This document shows, piece by piece, positions 10,490-20,448 of a stretch of 64,000 bases of DNA. This DNA comes from an uncultured Gemmatimonadales bacterium (GTDB taxonomy: Bacteria; Gemmatimonadota; Gemmatimonadetes; Gemmatimonadales; GWC2-71-9). The notes below the pieces were generated by a model. That model saw nothing but the letters and a program-made list of their open reading frames with translations. It was not told where the DNA came from and made no database searches. The stretch's first letter is position 1. Every line of letters begins with the position of its first letter. Made by a program: the position numbers and the translations under genes. The stretch is taken from assembly GCA_963730185.1 (NCBI GenBank), contig CAVSQW010000011.1:27291-91290 (forward strand). The letters are read 5' to 3'.

Positions 10490-11557
10490 ATGACCCTCGC
10501 TCCTCGGTTCAGCCTGGTCCTCGGCGGTGGCGGCCTCAAGGGGCTGGCCCACATCGGTGTGCTCCACGCCCTGGAGGAGCGGGGGATGATCCCGGATGCC
10601 GTGATCGGGACGAGCATCGGGTCCCTGATCGCGGCGGCCTGGGCAACCGGGATGCCGCTCCGGGAGATGGAGGATCGCGCCCTGGCGCTCAAGCGCAAGG
10701 ACGTGTTCCGGGTGGCCCATCTCGACATGGCGCTCAAGCGGATGCTCTCCCCCGCCGTGTACCGTCGCGATCCCCTGGAGCAGGTCCTGGCGGCGCTGGT
10801 GGGCGACCGGACCTTCGACGATCTGCCCCGAAAGCTGGTCATCAACACGATCGACCTCAACACCGGCCAACAGATCCTTTGGGGCCTCCCGGGACTGACC
10901 AAGGTCCGGGTCGCGGACGCGGTGTTCGCCGCCTGCGCCCTCCCCGGAATTCTGGCGCCCCGGCCGATCGACGGCCACGTCTGCGTCGACGGCGCCGTGG
11001 TCGAGAATCTGCCGGTCCGGGCCGCGATGGCCGTCGGCCGGGGACCGATCATCGCGGTGGACGTCGGCGGGACCGAGGGCGAGCGCCGGGGAATCGAGCG
11101 GCAGGGCTTCGCGGCGACCTACGCGCGGGGCCTCGAGATCGTGATGCAGACCCTGGCCGAGGAGATGCTCCGGGAGTGGACCGACCCGCCGATCGTGCTG
11201 GTCCGCCCCCGGGTCGAGAAGATCTCGATGTTCGCCTTCAACCGGACCCCCTATCTCATCGCCGAAGGCTTCCGGGCCCTGAACGCCACCCTCGACCGAC
11301 TCCCGGGCGACCTGACCCGGCTTCCCGCGGGGATCCACCCCCAGCGCGAGGTGGAGGTGAAGATCGACCCCGAGCGATGCACGGGCTGCGGCGTCTGCTA
11401 CGCCCGCGACCCCCAGCTCTTCGGCCGGGGCCAGGACGGCAAGGCGGTGGTCCGCCGGCCGCGCCAGTGGTGGTCGCCGCTGGGGCAGCGGGTCATGCGG
11501 TGGTGTCCGGTCCGGGCGATCGGCTACGAACAGGTGTGGCCAGCGCTCGACGACTGA
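10490..11557 (+). CDS. Patatin-like phospholipase with C-terminal ferredoxin-like domain
   Basis: LVLGGGGLKG, GTSIG nucleophile elbow, DGA; C-terminal CTGCGVC...WCPVRAI. Confidence 0.85.
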   Translation: MTLAPRFSLVLGGGGLKGLAHIGVLHALEERGMIPDAVIGTSIGSLIAAAWATGMPLREMEDRALALKRKDVFRVAHLDMALKRMLSPAVYRRDPLEQVLAALVGDRTFDDLPRKLVINTIDLNTGQQILWGLPGLTKVRVADAVFAACALPGILAPRPIDGHVCVDGAVVENLPVRAAMAVGRGPIIAVDVGGTEGERRGIERQGFAATYARGLEIVMQTLAEEMLREWTDPPIVLVRPRVEKISMFAFNRTPYLIAEGFRALNATLDRLPGDLTRLPAGIHPQREVEVKIDPERCTGCGVCYARDPQLFGRGQDGKAVVRRPRQWWSPLGQRVMRWCPVRAIGYEQVWPALDD

Positions 11558-12716
11558 GCGCCTGCAGGTCGCGGATCACCCGCTCCCAATTGAGCTCGGT
11601 TTCGACCCGCCGGCGGCCGGCCGTGCCGAGCGCCCGGCGGCGGGCCGGATCGCGGAGAAGGCCGCCTAACGCCTGGGCCACCTCGTCGCTCCGTTCCGGA
11701 TCCACGAGCAGGCCGGTAACCCCCTCCTCGACGGCGTCCGCCGTGCCGCCGCCCCGACCCGCGACCACCGCCACGCCGCTCGCCGCGGCGTCCGCGAGCG
11801 AGATGCCGAAGCCCTCGATCTCGACTCCGCTCGACCGGGAGAGCCCCAGATACAGGTCGGCCGCGGCGTGGAGGGCGGGCAGGTCGGCGTCCGGCACCCG
11901 CCCCAAGAACCTCACCCGCCCCGCCACGCCGAGCTCGGCCGCCAGCCCTTCGAGACGGGCCCGGTCGGGACCGGTGCCCGCGACCAGGTAGTGGAGGTCC
12001 GGCCAGTCGGTGGCCAGGCGGGCCAGGGCCCGGATCCCGGTGTCGACGCCCTTGTAGGCGACCAGCCGGGCCACGGTCAACAGCCGGGGTCCGGCCGGCA
12101 GGTCGTACCGGCCGAGCCCGGCGTCGGTGGCGGCATCGGGACGGAAGCGACTCGGATCGCTGCCCAACGGAACCCGGTGCACTCGGTCCCGGGCCGCCTC
12201 GAGCCCGAGGGCGCCGAGCACCGCGCGGGCCCGGTCGGCCGTCCAGCCGCTGTTGGCGGCGATGACCGACGCCCCGCCGAGGAGCCGCCGGGCGGCCCGC
12301 CGCTTCCAGGCCGAGCGCGACGCCTTGGCCGCCAGGGCGACGAGATCGTCGCCGTGCGCCAGAATCCCATAGGGAATGCCCGGTCGCTCCGCCAGCGCCC
12401 GTCCCACATACCCGGCCGGCCGCACCGTGTCGCACCAGGTGAACGCCACGCCGTGAGCGGCGGCCAGTCGGCGCGCCGCCCAGGTCCAGCGGAGCACGCC
12501 GGGCCAGGTGCGGAGCCGGGTGGCGCGAATCGCCAGCCGCTCGACCGTCAGGCCCAAGGCGGCGTCGCTCGCCTCGGCGCCGGGTACCGACCCGGTCGAG
12601 ACCACGATCCGATCGGCCGGGTAGCGCCGGGCCAACTGGCCGGTCCAGTGCGCGACGCCGCCGCCGCGAGGCGGAAAGTCCCAGGTGAGGAGCAGGGTGA
12701 CCGGGATGTCGCTCAT
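11493..12716 (-). CDS. Glycosyltransferase family 4 (PimB-like)
   Basis: DFPPRGGGV, LLTVARLVAYKGVD, EGFGISLADAAASG. Confidence 0.9.
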   Translation of the reverse strand: MSDIPVTLLLTWDFPPRGGGVAHWTGQLARRYPADRIVVSTGSVPGAEASDAALGLTVERLAIRATRLRTWPGVLRWTWAARRLAAAHGVAFTWCDTVRPAGYVGRALAERPGIPYGILAHGDDLVALAAKASRSAWKRRAARRLLGGASVIAANSGWTADRARAVLGALGLEAARDRVHRVPLGSDPSRFRPDAATDAGLGRYDLPAGPRLLTVARLVAYKGVDTGIRALARLATDWPDLHYLVAGTGPDRARLEGLAAELGVAGRVRFLGRVPDADLPALHAAADLYLGLSRSSGVEIEGFGISLADAAASGVAVVAGRGGGTADAVEEGVTGLLVDPERSDEVAQALGGLLRDPARRRALGTAGRRRVETELNWERVIRDLQALSRRALATPVRSRSPGPDTTA

Positions 12717-13660
12717 GCCAGCGTCCGGGTCAACAGCTCCTCGAGCCGGTGCCGCCAGGTGTGCTCCCGGAGCACCCGTTCCCGGGACCGCTCGCCAATG
12801 GCCTTGGCCCCGGCCGGGTCGGCCAGCAAGGCCCGGGCTCGCTCGACCAGCTCACCGGCCGTCCGGACCGTGACCAGCTCGCGGCCCTCCTCGAAGACGC
12901 GCGCCAGGTCCGCCTTGGCATCGACCAGCTGGCAGCAGCCGAGGGCCGCCAGCTCGAAAACCCGCTGGTTGGCGCCGGTGCCATACCGCCCCCGCTCGGG
13001 AGGGTCGCCAAAGAACTGATGGAGGTTGAGCCCGATCTCCGCCCGCGAGAGCGTCCGCACCAGCTCGGTCCCGTACAGCGGGCCGGCCGGCTGGCCCGGG
13101 CCCCAGATCCGGAGGCCGAGGGGCGCCAGGCGGGCGGCCGCCGCGTCGCGGAGCGGCTCGGTCGACCCCACGAAGACGATCGGGAGGCGGTCGCCCTGGA
13201 CCGGCAGCGGCCGCCAGACCGTCGGATCCACGCCGAGCGGCAGGAGCTCGGCCGCCCGGCCCAAGGCCCGGTGCCGCGCCACCATGGAGCTGTCGAACAG
13301 GAAGACCCGGTCGTAGCCCACGCCGATCCGGAGCGACAGATCGAGGAAATGGGGACCGTCGGGAAACCAGTTGGCCCATCGGGCGCGGGTCCGTTCGCGG
13401 GCGGCCGCGACGATCGCCGGCTCGAGCTCGGCGCCCTTGAACGAGAGAACGAGGTCGGTCGGCCGGTTGAGCGCGCGGGTCAGCCGCGCGGCGAGCGAGC
13501 GCCCCAGGACCGCGTCGAGCCCGCGGGGCCGGACGTCGAGGGTGACCACCTCGGCGCCGAGGGCCCGGAGGGCCGCGGCGATCGCGGGACCGGTATGGTG
13601 ATACCGGCGGTTGAAGCGGGCCACGAGCAGCACTCGGAGCCCCTGGAAGGTGGTTGCCAC
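12713..13660 (-). CDS. CgeB-like glycosyltransferase (Glyco_trans_1_2)
   Basis: WANWFPD, LPLGVDP, IVFVGS, IGLNLH, NQRVFELAALG; paralogous to 16575..17576. Confidence 0.8.
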   Translation of the reverse strand: MATTFQGLRVLLVARFNRRYHHTGPAIAAALRALGAEVVTLDVRPRGLDAVLGRSLAARLTRALNRPTDLVLSFKGAELEPAIVAAARERTRARWANWFPDGPHFLDLSLRIGVGYDRVFLFDSSMVARHRALGRAAELLPLGVDPTVWRPLPVQGDRLPIVFVGSTEPLRDAAAARLAPLGLRIWGPGQPAGPLYGTELVRTLSRAEIGLNLHQFFGDPPERGRYGTGANQRVFELAALGCCQLVDAKADLARVFEEGRELVTVRTAGELVERARALLADPAGAKAIGERSRERVLREHTWRHRLEELLTRTLA

Positions 13661-13750
13661 GGGACGGGAAGGCGGCCGCGAGGCTAACTCGCCCGGGGCC
13701 GAACGGTCGACCCGAACAGCCCGGCGTCGGGCCGGGCCCGCCGGAGCGGA

Positions 13751-14590
13751 TCAGTCGCGCTCACGGGAGTCGACGGGGACACACCACGCATCGTAGAGGT
13801 TCCAATCATCCATGTTCTGGCTGGTGAGCGGTTCGGCAAGAAACCGCCCCTCTCCCTCGTCGATTCGGTGGGCCTGATACCCCAAACGCTCGAGGAAGGC
13901 CAGGAGACTGCCTCGGTAGCCGGGCGGAGATTTTCTCAGATTGTGGAACTCCACCTGGAGGTAGGGGCGGACCTGGCGGATCAGACCCTCCAGCGACTGG
14001 AGCACCGCGAGGTCATGGCCCTCGGTATCGATCTTGATGAACCGGATCCTAGGCACGAGCTCCGGATACCGGGTCGCCAGCAACGAGTTCAGGTTGCGGC
14101 CCTTGGCCGTGACCTCGAAGGCACTGCCGTGCACCCACTTGCTGACCCCTTCGTGGATCCCGCCGTTGCAAAAGCCGTGATCGCCGTATTGCAGCTTGAC
14201 CGGCCCGTCCGCCATGGTGGCAGCGACGGCCAGCGGGATGATCCGGGCCTTGTCCTGGTTGAGCAGAGCGAGCTGCTCCAACACCGGGAAGACGAAGGGA
14301 TTCGGCTCCACCGCGATCACCACCCCGGCTGGGCCGACCGCCAGCGCCGTTGGCAGGACGCTGTCACCCGCATGGGCGCCGATGTCGACCGCCACGTCAC
14401 CCGGCCGGAGGTACCGCCGCAGGTTCGCGATCTGCCAGGCGGATGGCGTCGGGTCGTACGCGCCGGGATGCAGCCACCGGACGAAGTCAACCGTTCCGTC
14501 GCCCGGTAGGTCGATCGATTCCCGGACCGTGCCGTATTGGACCGGTTTGGGCTTCATCCCCATCAGATAGAGGAACTCACGAACCTTCAC
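13751..14590 (-). CDS. FkbM-family methyltransferase
   Basis: VDIGAHAGD, VIAVEPNP, FIKIDTEGHDLAVL. Confidence 0.9.
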   Translation of the reverse strand: MKVREFLYLMGMKPKPVQYGTVRESIDLPGDGTVDFVRWLHPGAYDPTPSAWQIANLRRYLRPGDVAVDIGAHAGDSVLPTALAVGPAGVVIAVEPNPFVFPVLEQLALLNQDKARIIPLAVAATMADGPVKLQYGDHGFCNGGIHEGVSKWVHGSAFEVTAKGRNLNSLLATRYPELVPRIRFIKIDTEGHDLAVLQSLEGLIRQVRPYLQVEFHNLRKSPPGYRGSLLAFLERLGYQAHRIDEGEGRFLAEPLTSQNMDDWNLYDAWCVPVDSRERD

Positions 14591-14667
14591 GGTCTCCGGC
14601 CTCCGCCCTGGGGCTGGGGATACTTCGGAGTCGTCGGGCCGCCCGACCGGTTCGGCGCTGGTCTGGC

Positions 14668-15564
14668 TCAGGTCCGAGTGTAGTTACGGTACTCGAACAA
14701 GCGCTGCCCGGTGAGCCGTTCCCACCAGTCGGAGGCTCGATACCGGAGGTGGCGCCACTCGAAGCGAGGCGCGCCGACCACCCGATCCGGATCCGAACGT
14801 TGCCGAGCGAGCCACTCGGAGGCAACCGCCGGGTGCGAGCCCCGAAAGGGGCGCAGTCCCGGGAACCAGGGAAGATGGGCGCCGTCCCTCGGGACCCCCA
14901 CGCGGCCGTAGAGCAGGCGGTCGTCGGCGCGGCGGGCGCGCAGCGCCCTCCCCGACCGGACCCATCCGTAGTGGTACACCTCAGCGTCGACTAAGCGGGC
15001 CCGAATGCGACGGTGGCGCTCACCAATCCGAAAGCCTTGGGCATCGCGGAACGGGCGGACGCCGAACGCGGCGCCCAGTTTCACGACCCGTACTTCGCGC
15101 CGATACCAGTGTCGCTGCACGGCCTCCAAGTCCGGGTTCCCGTAGAAATGACGGTATGGGAGGAGCAGGCCTTCGATCCGGCTCGAGTCGCGATGCTCGG
15201 CCATGGCCGCTCGCAGGGCCGGGAGACCGTTCTCGTGCAGCACCTCGTCGGCCTGGATGTACACCCCCCAGATCCCGCCACAGGCACGCATGGCCGCGGC
15301 GGTCTCCACTGCCAACAACGAGTGGCCCCGGGTCAGGTCCCACACGGACTCCATGATCCGAATCCGCGGATCGTCGATACTCCGCACCAGATCGAGGGTG
15401 CCGTCCGTTGACCGACCGACGTTGACGATCACTTCATCGCAGAGCGGCAGAATGGAGCGAATACTTTCGACCACGGGAAAGTCGAGACGCACCGCGTCCT
15501 TCACGATCGTGAAGCCCGAGACTCCACCGCGACTCGAATCGACTCTCGCTGGGGCATCGCTCAC
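14668..15564 (-). CDS. Glycosyltransferase family 2
   Basis: VSGFTIVKDAVRLDFPVVESIRSILPLCDEVIVNVGRSTDGT, YIQADEVLHE, YHYGWVR; probable GTG start at 15564. Confidence 0.85.
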   Translation of the reverse strand: MSDAPARVDSSRGGVSGFTIVKDAVRLDFPVVESIRSILPLCDEVIVNVGRSTDGTLDLVRSIDDPRIRIMESVWDLTRGHSLLAVETAAAMRACGGIWGVYIQADEVLHENGLPALRAAMAEHRDSSRIEGLLLPYRHFYGNPDLEAVQRHWYRREVRVVKLGAAFGVRPFRDAQGFRIGERHRRIRARLVDAEVYHYGWVRSGRALRARRADDRLLYGRVGVPRDGAHLPWFPGLRPFRGSHPAVASEWLARQRSDPDRVVGAPRFEWRHLRYRASDWWERLTGQRLFEYRNYTRT

Positions 15565-15597
15565 GCCGCAAAATACTCCCGTGTACATTTGACCGCC

Positions 15598-16578
15598 ATG
15601 CACATTGCAATGCTCTACCATGGTGTGGTTCCAGTGCGCGGCTACGGCGGCATCCCCAGGGTTGTCGTCTGGTTGGTCCGGGGGTTGGTGCAGCTGGGAC
15701 ACCGAGTCACCCTCATTGCCGGACCCAACTCCAAGATTCCGGAAGCGACCCTCGTTCCGGTCCGGCCCCGCACAATGGAGCGGAGCGAGTTCGACGTCCG
15801 ACCGTACCTGCCCGACGGGGCCGACGTCCTGCATTCCCACCGCCCGCTCGGGCCCATCGCGGGTCTCCCTACGCTCTGGACCCTCCACGGCAACCGCCGG
15901 CCCGGCGAGACGTCGCCACCCAACATGCTCTGTCTCAGCGCCGACCACGCCCGGCGCCACGGGACCGACGCCTTCGTCTACAACGGCCTCGATCCGGCCG
16001 AGTATCGATTCGAACCCCGCAAGCACGACTTCGATCTGTTCCTCGGCCGCCTCCACACGGTCAAGGGCTGGCGGTGGGCGATCGAGGGCGCCCGCCGGGC
16101 CGGCCGATCCCTGGTGATCGCGGGCGGCTGGCGGCCAACGCTCCGCCCCGGCCTCCGCTTCGCCGGCGAGGTGGGCGGCGAGAAGAAGCGTGACCTCCTG
16201 GCCGAGGCCGCCTGCCTCTGGATGCCGGCGCTCTGGGACGAGCCCTTCGGGCTCACCTTGATCGAGGCGCTGGCGAGCGGCACCCCGGTGCTGGGCACCC
16301 GGCAGGGGGCGCTGCCCGAGGTGATCAGCGACGAGGTGGGAGCGTTAGGCGACTCGCTGGACGAGCTGGTGACGCTCCGGGAACGCATCGCGACCCTCGA
16401 CCCCGAGGACTGCCGGAGCCGGGTGACGCGGCACTTCTCGCACCTGGCGATGGCGGAGGAACACCTCCGGGTGTACCAGGAGTTGATCGCGACGGGCAGG
16501 CTGGTGGCCGGGCGACGGGTGGATGGGGGGACGGCGGGAGACGGGGGGGGACGGGGTGAGGGGGGCGGCGGGGGTTAG
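15598..16578 (+). CDS. Glycosyltransferase family 4
   Basis: VPVRGYGGIPRVV, LFLGRL..VKG, WDEPFGLTLIEALASGTPV. Confidence 0.9.
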   Translation: MHIAMLYHGVVPVRGYGGIPRVVVWLVRGLVQLGHRVTLIAGPNSKIPEATLVPVRPRTMERSEFDVRPYLPDGADVLHSHRPLGPIAGLPTLWTLHGNRRPGETSPPNMLCLSADHARRHGTDAFVYNGLDPAEYRFEPRKHDFDLFLGRLHTVKGWRWAIEGARRAGRSLVIAGGWRPTLRPGLRFAGEVGGEKKRDLLAEAACLWMPALWDEPFGLTLIEALASGTPVLGTRQGALPEVISDEVGALGDSLDELVTLRERIATLDPEDCRSRVTRHFSHLAMAEEHLRVYQELIATGRLVAGRRVDGGTAGDGGGRGEGGGGG

Positions 16579-17576
16579 TCGGGGGGGCTCGGCGTCGCGG
16601 GCTGGGCGAAGCCGGTCGCCTCGAGGATTCGGCGGGCGCGGTGCATGTAGGTGTGGCGGGCCAGCGCATGGAGCCGGCCCTCGGTGGCCAGCTCTTCCGC
16701 CCGGGGTGGATCGTGGAGCAGGGCCTCGACCCCGACCTTGAGCTCGGCCGGGCTCGAGAAGGCGAGCAGGTGCCGGCCGGGCTCGAAGTAGCGGCGCAGA
16801 TCGGCGCGGTCGTCCACCACCTGGGGCACTCCCATGAGTGCCAGCTCGAAGACCCGCTGATTGCAGGAGGCCCGATCCTGGGGCGCCACCGCGGCCAGGT
16901 CGCGGTGGAGGTTCACCGCCACCGAGGCCCCGCCGTAGGCTCGGATGTACTCGCCGGTGTCCTTGATCTCGCCGCGGCAATAGTCGCGGAGGGTGGTCCG
17001 CCGCCAACCCGGACCCCATAGCGCCAGCCCGAACTCCAGCAGCTCGGTCAGATAGGCTTCGCGGGCGGGCGTCGCCCCGCCGGCGAACACCACGTTGGCG
17101 CGGTACTGGTCCTTCGATCGCATCGGACGGTAGACCGAGGGATCGGCCGCGAGCGGCAACACCTCGACCGGACGGCCGAGCTCGCCTTCCAGCCGGGCGG
17201 CCAGGTCGGAGCCGGCGACGAAGACCTGGTCGCAGGCCCGGGCGACACGCACCGCCTCGTCGACCTGGGTCAGATCGTCCGGAATCCAATTGACCCAGCG
17301 CACGCCGGGGCCGTTCCGCAAGCCGGCCACGGTCTCCTGATCCAGCTCGTACCCTCCGATCACCAGCACGAGGTTGGCTTCGGCCTCGCCGATGGCCTTC
17401 GCCAATCGGGACCGGAGGTCGGCACCGGTGAGCCGGCCGAGCAGCCCCGGCTTCTTGCCCAGGTCGAACGAGGTCACGTCGCAGCCGAGCCGCTCGAAGG
17501 CCCGCACCCGCTGGGCCGAATGGGCGTGCTCCGCATCGTCGAAGTGAGCCACCAACAGGACCGAGGGGACCGTCAC
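16575..17576 (-). CDS. CgeB-like glycosyltransferase
   Basis: WVNWIPDD, LPLAADP, VVFAG, VAVNLH, CNQRVFELALMG, HTYMHRA. Confidence 0.8.
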   Translation of the reverse strand: MTVPSVLLVAHFDDAEHAHSAQRVRAFERLGCDVTSFDLGKKPGLLGRLTGADLRSRLAKAIGEAEANLVLVIGGYELDQETVAGLRNGPGVRWVNWIPDDLTQVDEAVRVARACDQVFVAGSDLAARLEGELGRPVEVLPLAADPSVYRPMRSKDQYRANVVFAGGATPAREAYLTELLEFGLALWGPGWRRTTLRDYCRGEIKDTGEYIRAYGGASVAVNLHRDLAAVAPQDRASCNQRVFELALMGVPQVVDDRADLRRYFEPGRHLLAFSSPAELKVGVEALLHDPPRAEELATEGRLHALARHTYMHRARRILEATGFAQPATPSPPD

Positions 17577-19396
17577 GCCACTTCCTCCGTGGGGCGGAAT
17601 TGAAGATCGTGAAGCCGGCGATAAAGACCGCGGTCGGCCACGAGCACCGCGTGGGGGCCGCGCTCCACGATCCGACCCCGGTCGATCACCAGAATTTCAT
17701 CGGCATGGCGCACCGTCGCCAGTCGGTGCGCGACCACCAGCACGGTCCGATCCCGCATCAGCCGGTCGATCGCCTCCTGCACCTGACGTTCCGACTCGGG
17801 ATCGAGCGCGCTGGTGGCCTCGTCGAGAATCAGGATCGGCGGGTCGCGCAGCAGCGCCCGCGCGATGGCGATCCGTTGGCGCTGACCGCCCGAGAGCCGG
17901 GTCCCGCGCTCGCCCAGCAAAGTGTCGAACCCGAGCGGCAGGCCGCGGATGAATTCGTCCGCGTTGGCGGCCCGCGCCGCCTGCTCCACCTGGGCCGCCG
18001 TCGCCTCGGGCCGAGCGTACGCGATGTTGGCGAAGACGGTGTCGTTCAGGATCACCGTGTCCTGGCTCACGAGCCCCATCAGGTGGCGCACCGAGGCCCG
18101 GGAGACCTCTGGGAGCGGCGTGCCGTCGAGCCGGATCTGGCCGGAGGTGGGGTCGTAAAAGCGGGGGACCAGGTCGAGGAGCGTGGTCTTGCCCGCCCCG
18201 GACGGCCCAACGATCGCGACGATCTTGCCCTTGGGCACCGTAAACGAGAGTTCCTCGACCACCGGGCGCCCGGGCTCGTACTCGAACGACACGTCGTCGA
18301 ACACCAGGTCGCGCTCGAACCGGGCGGCCGGGAGCCGCTCGTCGTCGCCCTCGACCGACGGCCGGTCGAGCCAGTGGAACACCCGCTCGGCGCTGCCCAG
18401 CGCGATCGCCATGGAGGCCGGGAACTGGGAGAGCGACTTGATGGGCGACATCATCTTGAGCGCCACCGCCAGGAAGACGATCGTCACCTCGGGACCGAGC
18501 ACGACACCGCTGATGGTCGGATTGGCGGCCGCCCAGATGAGCAGGATCACCACCAACCCGCCGAACACCTCGCTCACCGGACTGGTGAGCGAGGCGAACC
18601 GCTGGGTTCGGATCGCCCATTTCCGGTAGAGGTCGGCCTGATTGGTGAACTTGGCGACCTCCTGCGCCTCGCCGCCGTAGCCTCGGATCAGCTTGATCGC
18701 CCCGAGCCGCTCGGTGGCGGTGGCGGTGAGGCGGCCGCGCTCGTCGGCCCATTCCCGGGCATGCCCGCGGAGGCGCTTCAGGAGCTGCCGGATCCCGAGC
18801 ACCAGCACGGGGGCCGAGGCCAGGGTGATCAGGGTGAGCCGCCCGGAGATGCTGGCCAGGATCACCAGCGAGCTCAGGATCAGGATCAGATTCTCGAAAA
18901 AGGCCGCCAGCGCCGCGGAGACCGCCTGCTTGCTCTGGTCGGCATCGGCGATGATCCCGGCGATCAGGTCTCCCTGGCGGGTGCTTTGAAAGAAGGCCAG
19001 GTCGATCGTGAGCAGATGGCGGTAGAGCGCGATCCGGAGATCGCGGACCAGCCCCTCCTGCACCGCGACGGTCAGCTGGTTCTTGGCGTAAACGAAGATG
19101 TTCTTGAGCACCAGGCCGATCAGCAGCACCACCACCAGCCGGGCCGCGGCCGCCCCCGCCGACCGGCCGGCCACCAGCGGCGACAGCACCGTGTGGATCA
19201 CCGCCTCGAGCTTGGTGCCGCCGGTGCCCGCCAGGGCCCCGGCCGTTCCGAAGAGGGTCTTGAGCAGCGGGACCAGCACCACCACCGTCACGCCGTCGAG
19301 AATCGACGCGAAGAACGCCGAGACCAGGCCGAGCACGAAGAGTCCGGTGTAGGGGCGGGCCGTCGCGAGGAGACGGCGCCCGACGGAGCGGGGCAT
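17573..19396 (-). CDS. msbA: MsbA-like ABC transporter (fused permease/ATPase)
   Basis: TM domain plus GPSGAGKTT, LSGGQRQRIAIARA, ILDEATSALD, VAHRL; located in an LPS cluster. Confidence 0.8.
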   Translation of the reverse strand: MPRSVGRRLLATARPYTGLFVLGLVSAFFASILDGVTVVVLVPLLKTLFGTAGALAGTGGTKLEAVIHTVLSPLVAGRSAGAAAARLVVVLLIGLVLKNIFVYAKNQLTVAVQEGLVRDLRIALYRHLLTIDLAFFQSTRQGDLIAGIIADADQSKQAVSAALAAFFENLILILSSLVILASISGRLTLITLASAPVLVLGIRQLLKRLRGHAREWADERGRLTATATERLGAIKLIRGYGGEAQEVAKFTNQADLYRKWAIRTQRFASLTSPVSEVFGGLVVILLIWAAANPTISGVVLGPEVTIVFLAVALKMMSPIKSLSQFPASMAIALGSAERVFHWLDRPSVEGDDERLPAARFERDLVFDDVSFEYEPGRPVVEELSFTVPKGKIVAIVGPSGAGKTTLLDLVPRFYDPTSGQIRLDGTPLPEVSRASVRHLMGLVSQDTVILNDTVFANIAYARPEATAAQVEQAARAANADEFIRGLPLGFDTLLGERGTRLSGGQRQRIAIARALLRDPPILILDEATSALDPESERQVQEAIDRLMRDRTVLVVAHRLATVRHADEILVIDRGRIVERGPHAVLVADRGLYRRLHDLQFRPTEEVA

Positions 19397-19428
19397 GGTG
19401 CCAAAGGTAATGGCATTACATTCCCGCG

Positions 19429-20448
19429 GTGCCCGCATCGGCCCCTCCCCGGATCGCGATCGTCCGCTTCAGCTCGATGGGGGACGTCATCCTCACCACG
19501 CCGCTGGTCCGCGCCCTGCGCCAGGCCCACCCAGAGGCCTGGATCAGCTACGTCACCAAGCGCCTCTACGCCCCGCTCCTGGCCCACAATCCGAGGGTGA
19601 ACGAGGTGATCGAGCTTCCGCCGGACGGCGGGCTCGGCGACCTCACCCGGACGCTGCGGGAGCGCCGCTTCACCCACGGGCTCGACCTGCACGGTAGCCT
19701 CCGGAGCCGGGCGCTCCGGTGGATGGTGGGGGGAAGGTGGCGAGGCTACCCGAAGCGGCGGCTGGCTCGCTCGATCTTGATCCGAACCAAGCGCGACGTC
19801 TTTCGCGACCACCGCCACGTGGTGGAGCGCTACTTCGACGCGGCGCGGGGCTTGGGCGTGGTGCCCGACGGGGCGCCGGCCGACCTTTTTCTTCCCCGCG
19901 TCAAGCAGGACGGCGCCCGGCGATTCCTGGTCTCGCAGTCGCTCGGAACGTCGCGGTCCCTGGTCGCCCTGGCACCCGGGGCGGCCCACTGGACCAAGCG
20001 CTGGCCGGTCCGCCACTGGCAGCGTCTGGCGACCCAGCTCACCCTGTCCGGCTACGACGTGGTCGTGCTGGGCGGACCGGCGGAACAGAACGTGGGCGAG
20101 GAGATCGCCGCCGCAGGCGACCAGCAGGCGGCCAGCGCGGCGGGACGGTTCGATCTGCTCGGCACCGCGGCGCTGCTCAAGGAGGCCCGCTGCGTGGTGG
20201 TGGGAGACACCGGCGTCATGCACATGGCGACCGCCATGGGCGTGCCGGTGGTGACCCTCTTCGGGCCGACGGTCCAAGCCTTCGGATTCACGCCCTACCG
20301 GGCCCGGGCCACCATTCTGGAAGAGGATCTTCCCTGCCGGCCGTGCAGCGCAATGGGCGGGCCCCGCTGCCCGCTCGGCCACCATCATTGCCTCGAGCAC
20401 CTCCTGCCCGACCGGGTGTTCCAGGCCGTCAGGCACCTGCCCCGATGA
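19429..20448 (+). CDS. waaF: GT9 lipopolysaccharide heptosyltransferase II
   Basis: RFSSMGDVILTTP, APGAAHWTKRWP, DTGVMHMATA, LFGPT, CRPCS...CPLGHHHC. Confidence 0.85.
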   Translation: MPASAPPRIAIVRFSSMGDVILTTPLVRALRQAHPEAWISYVTKRLYAPLLAHNPRVNEVIELPPDGGLGDLTRTLRERRFTHGLDLHGSLRSRALRWMVGGRWRGYPKRRLARSILIRTKRDVFRDHRHVVERYFDAARGLGVVPDGAPADLFLPRVKQDGARRFLVSQSLGTSRSLVALAPGAAHWTKRWPVRHWQRLATQLTLSGYDVVVLGGPAEQNVGEEIAAAGDQQAASAAGRFDLLGTAALLKEARCVVVGDTGVMHMATAMGVPVVTLFGPTVQAFGFTPYRARATILEEDLPCRPCSAMGGPRCPLGHHHCLEHLLPDRVFQAVRHLPR

